Part shown: positions 17,674 to 25,134 of the stretch, in pieces | Layout of the letters: every line of letters starts with the position of its first letter | Position numbering within the stretch: position 1 is the first letter of the stretch | From: a virus | Lineage: Duplodnaviria > Caudoviricetes | IMG/VR virus record: IMGVR_UViG_3300030492_000013 | Coordinates: 1-28,697 of that record | Strand: one strand, 5' to 3' | DNA length: 28,697 nucleotides | Position numbers and translations under genes: made by a program | Notes under the pieces: generated by a model | Database searches by the model: none | Told to the model about the DNA's origin: nothing | What the model saw: only the letters and a program-made list of their open reading frames with translations

Positions 17674-19283
17674 GATGTTGGCTGCTCCAGACTTTCGGCC
17701 AAGATCAATTGTCCATCCCGCCCGATGCGCAGCAGCCTGGCTGTGCCGCCCTTGGCCAGCAGCATCATGTCCATCGGGCCTTTGTCCTCGGTCGGGCGCA
17801 CACCGCGCTGGTAAATGACGATGCGCTCAAACGTGTCGGCCACCAGTTGGCGGGTCTGCAGGCGTGCGTCGTAGTCCTGGGCTTCTACACCGGCGGCCAG
17901 GCGCTTCCACGCTGCATCGGTGCCCTGGATATCCGTACGGGCTGTGGCGGCCAGATCGCGCTCAGCCTCCTGGACGAGTGCCTGCAGCCGCTGCTGTTCG
18001 GCCTCCAGCTCGCGGGCACGCTTGGCAAACGTGAGCGGCACGCCATCCTCGGCGCTGGCCAGCATGGCGTCAGTGAGCTTTTCCAACTTGTTGTCCACGT
18101 CCACCAGATCCTGCCTAGCTTTTGTTAACTTGGCCAATGGGCCTGCAGACCGGTCGGCACCGTAGAGCGCCTGCAGGTTGACGATGTCTGAGCAGTATTC
18201 CATCAGCGCCCGCTCAAACGGGTAGACCGACACCGACCCGCCGACCGAGCAGCCGCCGTGTGAGTAACTGGTGCAGTGCAGACGTCTGTGACCGTTTTGG
18301 ATTCGTCCCAGTTCGTCCCGGTTGCGCGTGCCGATGTTTTGCCCGACCAGGGCGCGTCCGCAATAGCCGCACACGGTGATGCCGATGCCGGTGAGTATGT
18401 GGGGCACCGGCCCCTTTGCCTTGCGCCTGCCACGCCCGCTGTTGGCCAGCTGCAGGCCGTCCCATTCAGCCTTGGTGAGCAGGGCCGGGTAATAGCCTGG
18501 CAGTTGGTAGCTCTCAGATCCCAGCGTAAGTTCTTTGTCCCCAATGAGCGCCCGTTGCTTGATCAGGCGGTAGATCTGCAGCGCCTGGGGGCCGCGCCCG
18601 GTCAGCGATAGGTTTTGCTCGGTCAGGCGCTCGATGATCTTTGTGGCGCCATAGCCCATCAGGTACAGGCGCAGGCCCTCACGTGCTGCGGCTACCCGCT
18701 CTGGTATTTCCTCCCACTTGCCGTCGACCAGCCGCAGCCATACCGGGTCTTTGCCGTTGCGGATCAGGCCTCTGTAAGTGCCAGCCAGCCATCCCTCGCA
18801 CTGGCGCCTGATGCTGGCCAGCACCCGTTTGCTTTTGGTGTCGCTCTCTTCGTGGGCGCGGATCATGACCAAAAGCGAGTAGACCAAGTCCATCGGATTG
18901 GCCTTTAGCCTTTCGCGTGAATACTCTTTGCCATCGCTTGCAGTCACGACGGTGATGCCTGCATTTACAATATGGGCCAGTTGGGCTTGCGCCTGAATCG
19001 GTTCTGCCCTTGATAAACGGTCAAGGCCCTCGACAACGAGCACCGATCCTTGTGGTATCCGACCTTCTTCGACCGCTGCCAAAAAGACGCCTAGTGCACC
19101 CGATTTCACGTGCCTCTGGTGATACGCTGATAAGCCCTCATCTCTCATTGAAAGTGATTCGTCGAGAATAAGGGCATGCTCGGCAGCCCATTTGGCAGCG
19201 TAAGCTGCCTGGCGGTCGCTGCTATGGCCTGAAGCCTGGCGAGGATCGCTGAACCTCATATAGCTGTACACAAGACCTGTCAA
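17670..19283 (-). CDS. Large serine recombinase (phage integrase)
   Basis: YSYMRFSDPRQ (catalytic Ser), DEGLSA, VVEGLDRLSR, zinc-ribbon CGYCG...C.....C, coiled coil. Likely start TTG 19283 (GAGGTG Shine-Dalgarno upstream); alternative ATG 19295. Confidence 0.92.
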   Translation of the reverse strand: MTGLVYSYMRFSDPRQASGHSSDRQAAYAAKWAAEHALILDESLSMRDEGLSAYHQRHVKSGALGVFLAAVEEGRIPQGSVLVVEGLDRLSRAEPIQAQAQLAHIVNAGITVVTASDGKEYSRERLKANPMDLVYSLLVMIRAHEESDTKSKRVLASIRRQCEGWLAGTYRGLIRNGKDPVWLRLVDGKWEEIPERVAAAREGLRLYLMGYGATKIIERLTEQNLSLTGRGPQALQIYRLIKQRALIGDKELTLGSESYQLPGYYPALLTKAEWDGLQLANSGRGRRKAKGPVPHILTGIGITVCGYCGRALVGQNIGTRNRDELGRIQNGHRRLHCTSYSHGGCSVGGSVSVYPFERALMEYCSDIVNLQALYGADRSAGPLAKLTKARQDLVDVDNKLEKLTDAMLASAEDGVPLTFAKRARELEAEQQRLQALVQEAERDLAATARTDIQGTDAAWKRLAAGVEAQDYDARLQTRQLVADTFERIVIYQRGVRPTEDKGPMDMMLLAKGGTARLLRIGRDGQLILAESLEQPTS

Positions 19284-19293
19284 ACTACACCTC

Positions 19294-19362
19294 ATGACTG
19301 AAACAATAGAAAAACGACCGCGTATAGGTATGGTATCGCTAGGATGCGCTAAAGATAGTTAA
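19294..19362 (+). pseudogene. rimO: 5' fragment of rimO carried at attP (replacement N-terminus)
   Basis: Encodes MTETIEKRPRIGMVSLGCAKDS*, matching the RimO N-terminal motif (P/K)(I/V)G(F/M)VSLGCPK, then stops. Confidence 0.7.
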
Positions 19363-19369
19363 TATAAAC
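19322..19369. other. Putative attP site of the serine integrase
   Basis: Imperfect dyad TATCGCTAG-gatgcg-CTAAAGATA (7/9) plus outer GTATA/TAAAC (4/5), both centred on TG 19345-19346 within the SLGC codons; next to the integrase start. Confidence 0.6.
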
Positions 19370-19384
19370 CATCATTGCAGACGT

Positions 19385-19411
19385 AAAAAAGCCCGCTTCA
19401 AGCGGGCTTTT
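19385..19411. terminator. Rho-independent terminator (possibly bidirectional) ending the leftward operon
   Basis: AAAAAA-GCCCGCT-tca-AGCGGGC-TTTT. Confidence 0.85.
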
Positions 19412-19430
19412 CATTTGGTGGTGTGCCTGG

Positions 19431-19610
19431 CTATTTCAGCGCGCTCTCGGTCCACCAGCTTTCTTGTGCGCGGCCATCTGCCGCCTTGTAGCGGAGCAAG
19501 TAGCTGTTTTCGCTGTGAACATACTCGGCTCGGCCAATGATGATGCCTTGCTCACCGCTTGCCGCAATGGTCACTGGTTCATTCAGTTTGAACTTAAATT
19601 TCTCTGGCAT
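19431..19610 (-). CDS. Small hypothetical protein
   Basis: ATG 19610 with AGGAG RBS; 59 aa MPEKFKFKLNEPV...GIIIGRAEY...YLLRY...ESWW. Confidence 0.65.
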   Translation of the reverse strand: MPEKFKFKLNEPVTIAASGEQGIIIGRAEYVHSENSYLLRYKAADGRAQESWWTESALK

Positions 19611-19662
19611 GGGTTCTCCTAGATGTATTGGCCACCATAGACAGGCGGTGACCGTGCCTGAT

Positions 19663-19911
19663 TTACTTGGTCGCAATCAGCTCGCTGTTGACGCGCAGAT
19701 AGCCTTGACCTTTGAGGAAGTTGCGGTAGCAGTTAAGCGCCACGGCCTCGGCTTCTTTGGCCACCTGGATTCCTTCGGCAATGATCTGGCCATCGTCCGC
19801 AAGAATGGCCAGCCTGGCCGGTTTGCCATTCACGGTGACGCTCAGCCCCTCGTGTGAGACGGCGCTGATGACGACATTGCTGATGGTGCCTTCGGGTTGT
19901 GTGCCTATCAT
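19663..19911 (-). CDS. Hypothetical protein
   Basis: About 82 aa, in tandem within the leftward operon. Confidence 0.55.
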   Translation of the reverse strand: MIGTQPEGTISNVVISAVSHEGLSVTVNGKPARLAILADDGQIIAEGIQVAKEAEAVALNCYRNFLKGQGYLRVNSELIATK

Positions 19912-19913
19912 GA

Positions 19914-20216
19914 TCAACCCCTGAGCTTGTGCTGAGTGATCGACGTAATGCCGTTGCGGTCACCTGGCTGCACTGTGGTGGATTCTTGGCCATCGGCTGC
20001 CGGTGGAGGCTGCTGCAGAAACTGGCTGCTGTCTTGGCAAGTGATCTTGAGGTAGTCGTTTTCGACCCGGGCAGTATCCACCAGCACGCTGGCCACGGTT
20101 GCCACTGTCTTGGCGCGGTCCAGATCCATGGGGTTGGTGCGGTCGCGCAGATCCGCGAGTGTGGCCAGCAAAGCGTTGCGCACCTGGTCGATGTGAGGTG
20201 TGTTTTCTGTGGTCAT
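19914..20216 (-). CDS. Conserved-looking phage hypothetical protein
   Basis: 100 aa with PMDLDRAK.VA.VA..LVDTARVE.DY; coupled to the HNH gene. Confidence 0.65.
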   Translation of the reverse strand: MTTENTPHIDQVRNALLATLADLRDRTNPMDLDRAKTVATVASVLVDTARVENDYLKITCQDSSQFLQQPPPAADGQESTTVQPGDRNGITSITQHKLRG

Positions 20217-20914
20217 GGTGCAAGGCTCTCCTTTTGGATACGGTTGACTTGACGGGTGATGGCGCCTTTGAGCTGGATCAGGCGGGCAAAAGCTGGGTTT
20301 GAACTATTGGGGTGGTTGCGCCTGGCTAACTCGCGCCGGGTGATGCACTCCAGTCGATCAATGGTGATTTGCTCAAGCACCAGGGTGCTTTGACCGGGTT
20401 TGAATACGACAACATGCCCTCGCGGAACAGGGCCGTTTGCCTTCTCCCAAACCAGGCGGCTCACAGGGGTCCAGCGCATGTGATTGCCGCCCTTGGCTTC
20501 GCTGGTTTTCTGCTCCAGGTGTTTGGAGCCTTTGCAGTGCGTAACAATGCGGTAGGCACCCACCGGCAGCGTGGTGTGCGGTGAGTTGCCCGGCTTGAAT
20601 CTGGTTTCGACGCTGCGGCCCCCGGCTTGGAAGCCTTTGAGCCCGTCATTCCAAGGCTTCTGGCCAGGAACAAACTGGTTGGCCTGCCCCAGCTTGCCAC
20701 CCTTGAGGATGCGACCTGATTTGCTGGTAGCAAGAAAGTCGGCGCCTTTGGTCAACCCCATTCTGTTGGCCTTGCTGTACACCAGGTGCACTGGCAGCCC
20801 CAGTTGTGCGGCTATCTCTGACGTTATTTTGCTGGCGTACTGCGCCCGAATCACGGCCAGTTCGTCGGCGGTCCAAGTGTGCCTGGCCGCTTTGACGTTG
20901 CGGGATTTGGTCAC
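20213..20914 (-). CDS. HNH-family protein with N-terminal HTH-like region
   Basis: Likely GTG start 20914; WT..E...I...Y, F.PG..PWN.G and F.PG..P repeats, RLVWE...GPVP.GHVVVFK.G....I..LECI.R.E...RN. Confidence 0.7.
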   Translation of the reverse strand: MTKSRNVKAARHTWTADELAVIRAQYASKITSEIAAQLGLPVHLVYSKANRMGLTKGADFLATSKSGRILKGGKLGQANQFVPGQKPWNDGLKGFQAGGRSVETRFKPGNSPHTTLPVGAYRIVTHCKGSKHLEQKTSEAKGGNHMRWTPVSRLVWEKANGPVPRGHVVVFKPGQSTLVLEQITIDRLECITRRELARRNHPNSSNPAFARLIQLKGAITRQVNRIQKESLAP

Positions 20915-21105
20915 AGTGCCACTCCCCCGGTGTCGCCGCCATACGACCGCAACGCCATCGGCTGGCGGGCTTGCTGCTCGCGCAGCACGCGCTCCAGCTC
21001 GATGGCGGCGGACCTCAGGGCCTGCTCGGCCTGTTCGGCCCAGGTGGCTTTGCGCCTGGTGGTCAGGCGTGCGTCTGCGATTTGGCGCAGTTGTGTCGGG
21101 CTCAT
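20911..21105 (-). CDS. Hypothetical protein
   Basis: 64 aa, 4-nt overlaps with both neighbours. Confidence 0.55.
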   Translation of the reverse strand: MSPTQLRQIADARLTTRRKATWAEQAEQALRSAAIELERVLREQQARQPMALRSYGGDTGGVAL

Positions 21106-21446
21106 GATGATTGACCCCCTGGACCGGTCTCGCTCGAGTGGGATTGCAGGTGGTCGCCTGCTGGCTGTTCCTGCAGCTTGGCCAGCAGGTCGGGCGAGCC
21201 TTTGAGCACCACAGCGGTGACGGGATTGCCGCCCAGCAGCACGCGCACGCGGCCCGCCAGTCCGTCAAATTCTGATGAGGCAATGATCAGCATTTGGTCA
21301 GGCTTGCCATCAATCGTGCGCAGCTCTTGCAGGCCGTTCCACTCAGATGACACCACCATCATCGGCAGTTCTTTACCAGTGGCCAGGGCCTTGACCTTGT
21401 AGCATTTGACTTCAGTCAGCTCGACCAGGTTGTTTTTATTGGTCAT
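21102..21446 (-). CDS. Hypothetical protein
   Basis: 114 aa, 4-nt overlaps with both neighbours. Confidence 0.55.
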   Translation of the reverse strand: MTNKNNLVELTEVKCYKVKALATGKELPMMVVSSEWNGLQELRTIDGKPDQMLIIASSEFDGLAGRVRVLLGGNPVTAVVLKGSPDLLAKLQEQPAGDHLQSHSSETGPGGQSS

Positions 21447-21652
21447 GATTCAATGCCCTGCAAAGTTTTTAGTGACCTGATCATTCGAATCACGTCACCC
21501 GACATGACGGCTTGGTCTGCCTCGCGCAGGTCTTGCTCAATGAAGGCTGCGCCTATCATTCCGGCGGGGCCGATTTCTTTATAGTGGCCCAGCACTTCAC
21601 GCACTCGGGCCATCTCTTTGGGTAGGGCATCTGCCAGGGTTTCGGTGGTCAT
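21443..21652 (-). CDS. Hypothetical protein
   Basis: 69 aa, ATGA overlaps on both sides. Confidence 0.6.
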   Translation of the reverse strand: MTTETLADALPKEMARVREVLGHYKEIGPAGMIGAAFIEQDLREADQAVMSGDVIRMIRSLKTLQGIES

Positions 21653-22188
21653 GCTTGCCCCCGTGTGGTCATCAGCTCATGAAACCGCGCCAGAAACATC
21701 TGGCGGGCAATATAGGGCTGCATGGGCACGATGTTTTGGGCAAGGGCTGGGATGCCGTCGATGCAGTCCCACGGTGTGTCATCGTGCGGGGGCATCAGGT
21801 CGCGCTGCTCAGTGGCCAACATCACAAGATCCGCAACTTTGACGCATGGCGGCAGCTTTGCAGGCAGACCAAAATGCCCGAGCACCGCAGCTTCTACGCG
21901 GGCCTCGATGGCTTGGTAATCGGGCAGCAGGGCCTTGAGCGGCGCGGCCACGTCGCCGATGTAGGCTTCTGGTGCATCGTGCAGCAAGCCCGCCAACGCG
22001 TGCTCTGGCGGCACCAATTGGCTGACCAGCACGCAATGCTGCGCCACGCTGTAAAAGCTGCTGGTGTGGCCGGTGAACCTGCAGATATGCGCCAGTGCGT
22101 GGGCAATGGTGTCGATGTCGATGTGGCTGCGCTCGGGGGTCATGAAGTCGAAATAGGTGCCTGCGCGGGTGAGAATGTCTGAGCTCAT
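21649..22188 (-). CDS. HD-domain phosphohydrolase (YfbR/YfdR-like deoxynucleotidase)
   Basis: [35 protein letters not shown] and K.ADL.MLATE.RDL motifs. Confidence 0.85.
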   Translation of the reverse strand: MSSDILTRAGTYFDFMTPERSHIDIDTIAHALAHICRFTGHTSSFYSVAQHCVLVSQLVPPEHALAGLLHDAPEAYIGDVAAPLKALLPDYQAIEARVEAAVLGHFGLPAKLPPCVKVADLVMLATEQRDLMPPHDDTPWDCIDGIPALAQNIVPMQPYIARQMFLARFHELMTTRGQA

Positions 22189-22541
22189 GCTGCTTGCCTT
22201 TCAAAATGCCGCGCACGGCAGGTGCGGGCGGGGTGGGGTTGGGTGGTCTGCAGTTCGTGCAGATCCATGAACGTCTGCAGGGCGTCGAGCTCCTGGAACT
22301 GAGGGACGACGCACGCCCAGCGCCCGCCACCGGCGTGCAGGGCGCTGGCATGGATAACCTGCAGGGCTTGGTCTGCTGCCCGAATGTGCCCCTGCAGGCC
22401 TCGCACGCTGTTCTGGCGGTTGCTGGCCAGCGCCACAGCGGTGGCAGCACACTGCCATTGCTGCTCTGTGGCCACGCCCTCGCGCAGCGCCTTGATGGCC
22501 TGGCCAAGTGGGTTTGTTTGGGGAACGGTGATGGTCAGCAT
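22185..22541 (-). CDS. Hypothetical protein
   Basis: 118 aa, overlaps both neighbours. Confidence 0.55.
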   Translation of the reverse strand: MLTITVPQTNPLGQAIKALREGVATEQQWQCAATAVALASNRQNSVRGLQGHIRAADQALQVIHASALHAGGGRWACVVPQFQELDALQTFMDLHELQTTQPHPARTCRARHFERQAA

Positions 22542-22924
22542 CCGACACCTCGGCTGGGCACGTCCCGGTTTCCGTTGTTGCGGACGAACGGATCAGCAGA
22601 TTGGGTGGGCCATTTGGCGATGCTGCTGCTGAAGAAACGGCGGGGTGGCACCAGCTGCGGTGCCACATGGTTCTTTGCCGCTTCAAAGTCAGCCATTGCC
22701 CGGCGGCCTGTCATGGTGATGCCCAGCTGCAGCACGCCGCGCTGGTCTGGACCGGTGCGCTCGCGGGTGATCAGCCGGTGGTAAGCCAGCCGCTCCAGGT
22801 CGCGGTCAAGCATCTGGCGGCTGAGGCCGGTGGCAGTGAGTAGTGCCTCGCGGGTCTTTTCGGTCAGCTTGTCCAGGGCGGCCATGACCTGCGCCTGGCG
22901 TGGGGTTGGGGGTTTTGTGCTCAT
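22535..22924 (-). CDS. Winged-helix-like DNA-binding protein
   Basis: TPRQ..VM..L......TREALL..TGLSRQML..DLERL....LI....IT.TGR pattern. Confidence 0.55.
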   Translation of the reverse strand: MSTKPPTPRQAQVMAALDKLTEKTREALLTATGLSRQMLDRDLERLAYHRLITRERTGPDQRGVLQLGITMTGRRAMADFEAAKNHVAPQLVPPRRFFSSSIAKWPTQSADPFVRNNGNRDVPSRGVGC

Positions 22925-25134
22925 GCCGTCACCACCGTCAACTCAGAATGATCAAGGCTGGCTAGTCCACCCTTGCGTCCACGAAAGCTCACCATCCACG
23001 CCCCGGCACCCAGCTTTTGCTGAATGACGCCTTCCTTCCCGGCCCATTTGTGGTGGTGCACCGGCAGCTTGTCCAGGTCACTGGTCACCACTACACGCGC
23101 ATCCACAGCCAGAGCCACACCCGCCACGACCGGAGCGCTAGCGACGGGCGGGGTGGACGTGGCTACTGGCTGGCTACTGTCAGCTTTGTTGCCCTGCGCT
23201 TCAGCGCCTGGAGTGGACCCCTGGGCTTCCTGCAGCGCAGCGGCAATCAGGGCCTGCGCTTGCGCAGCTGTGGTTTTTGGTTTTTTCGCCTTACCCACAC
23301 CCTGCGCTTGCGCAGCGGGGGTAAGGGGTAGAGGCACTTGCAGCAGCTCTTCAAGGGTTCCACCTTTTTCAAGGTGGATTTGCACCCACTTGGGTTTTTG
23401 GCCACGGCCTGTCCACGTGCTGTGGGTCATGGGGCAGCGGTACATCACGTCTTTGGTGGTGGCCGGTGCTGCCTGGCGGCGCATCTTGGCCTTGACCTCG
23501 GCTTTGATGGCATCGGCATCCACACCATAGTCAGCCGCCACCAGCATCAGGCCCACGTTTTGCGGCCGGTCTGGGTAGTGCTCGGCCATGTAAGACAGGT
23601 ACTCGACGTCCGCTTGCATGATCAGCAGCTGCAGCACGTCTTGTGGCCGCTCGGCGTCTGTGATGTAGTCAATCAGCGCGGCCTTGGGCGCCACCTTGCC
23701 CAGGTCAAGGATCTGGCACAGGCGTTTGGCGCGGTCGGTGTTGGCTACGTTGGCAAAGTGCATGGCCAAGTGGCGCAGCACCTTGTCGGTCAGCCCAAGA
23801 TCTTCACCGTCATTTTTGATGGCAGCCCATGTGCGCTCCAGCAGCAGGGTACGCCAGCCTTGCTCGTACTCGGTTTTGGTTTTGGCTTTCTCAAGCTCGG
23901 CGTCGGCCTTTTTGCTGCGCTCAAGGTTGCCAGCCACGCGCTCGGCGGCGTCGGCGTGCTGGGTGGCTTTGAGCAGATCGGCCACCTGGGTGTTGGGCAG
24001 CACGGCAATCAGCTCGCCTGCCTTGTGCGGGTTGGCGATCAAGGTGGGCTTGATGCCCTCGGCCTCTAGCTGCTTGTCAAGCAGCTTGCGCAGGGGCGTG
24101 TCGGTGGGGCTGTCTTGGACTTCGTCCAAGCGCAAATAACCATCCACACCCCCCCAGCTGTTGGGCATCAGTGCCTTGGCCTCGCGGCCCTCGATGATGG
24201 TCTGGCCGTTGGCCTGGGCATTGGCCAGCATCAGGGCGCTGTGGGCCTCTTCTTTGCGGTGGTAGCAGGGCGGATCGGTGCACACGTCTGCACCTTGCAC
24301 GTCAGAAAACAGGTCTGGGTTGTGGCCAGTGCGTTTGCTGCACGTCCTGCAGCTGCCCGCCTCGGCCACCAAGTTGGCATCGGTGATCTTGAATGGGGCA
24401 CGGTCCAGGTGCAGCATGTACTGCTGCTGGATCAAGGCCTGGGCGGCACGGTAGCCCAGATTGACATCGCCAGAGTAATCCTTGGCGCTCAAGCTATCCA
24501 GCGCCTTGATCTGCAGGGTGGTGTCTGGAATGCGGGCCAGCAGCAAGGCGCGGCTGGCATCAATGGCGCCGGTGCGCAGGGCGGTGCGAGCCTCGGTGCA
24601 CAAATCCAGCAATTTGAGGCGTGCGTAGACGTAGGCGCGGCTGCGTTTGATCTTGGCGCCCACTTGGTCAGCAGTGAGGCCAGCGTGCTGCATCAGCTGC
24701 TCAAGCCCCTCGGCCTCTTCCAGCTCGGTCAAATCGTCACGCTGCAGGTTTTCAGTGAGCTGAATCTCGCGCACCTGGTCATCGGTCAGGATGCGCACCA
24801 GCACCGGCACGCTCTCTAGCCCAGCCAGTTTTGCAGCGCGGAACCGCCGCTCGCCAGCGACAACTTCAAGGTGCACGTGGCGGTCTGTGTCGGCCATCCG
24901 GCTACCGGGCAAGGCACGCACGAGAATGGGCTGCAGCATGCCTTTTTCGGCGATGTCGTCGGCCAGGGCTTTGAGCTTGACCGGGTCAAAAGTCTTGCGT
25001 GGGTTGGTCAGGCTGGCGACGATGGCCCGCAGCTCTGCAATCACAAAAGCGTCTTGGGTCACCAGCTCCCACACGGCGGGCGTGACGGGGTCGGTTAAGG
25101 CAATGGCACTGGCGGGGGAGGATGGCGCGGTCAT
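22921..25134 (-). CDS. ParB/Spo0J-like protein with C-terminal H-NS-like DNA-binding motif
   Basis: NPRK.FD, GMLQPILVR, VVAGERRFRA, ENLQRDDL..LEEAEG, HTH, Cys cluster C..C.KRTG...C.DP.CY, then YRCP....TWTGRGQKPKW. Confidence 0.85.
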   Translation of the reverse strand: MTAPSSPASAIALTDPVTPAVWELVTQDAFVIAELRAIVASLTNPRKTFDPVKLKALADDIAEKGMLQPILVRALPGSRMADTDRHVHLEVVAGERRFRAAKLAGLESVPVLVRILTDDQVREIQLTENLQRDDLTELEEAEGLEQLMQHAGLTADQVGAKIKRSRAYVYARLKLLDLCTEARTALRTGAIDASRALLLARIPDTTLQIKALDSLSAKDYSGDVNLGYRAAQALIQQQYMLHLDRAPFKITDANLVAEAGSCRTCSKRTGHNPDLFSDVQGADVCTDPPCYHRKEEAHSALMLANAQANGQTIIEGREAKALMPNSWGGVDGYLRLDEVQDSPTDTPLRKLLDKQLEAEGIKPTLIANPHKAGELIAVLPNTQVADLLKATQHADAAERVAGNLERSKKADAELEKAKTKTEYEQGWRTLLLERTWAAIKNDGEDLGLTDKVLRHLAMHFANVANTDRAKRLCQILDLGKVAPKAALIDYITDAERPQDVLQLLIMQADVEYLSYMAEHYPDRPQNVGLMLVAADYGVDADAIKAEVKAKMRRQAAPATTKDVMYRCPMTHSTWTGRGQKPKWVQIHLEKGGTLEELLQVPLPLTPAAQAQGVGKAKKPKTTAAQAQALIAAALQEAQGSTPGAEAQGNKADSSQPVATSTPPVASAPVVAGVALAVDARVVVTSDLDKLPVHHHKWAGKEGVIQQKLGAGAWMVSFRGRKGGLASLDHSELTVVTA

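Noticed and set aside
20213-21283. 356-aa version of the HNH ORF
   Set aside because: The N-terminal 123 aa overlap two better-coupled small genes. A GTG start at 20914 overlapping the upstream stop fits the operon pattern.
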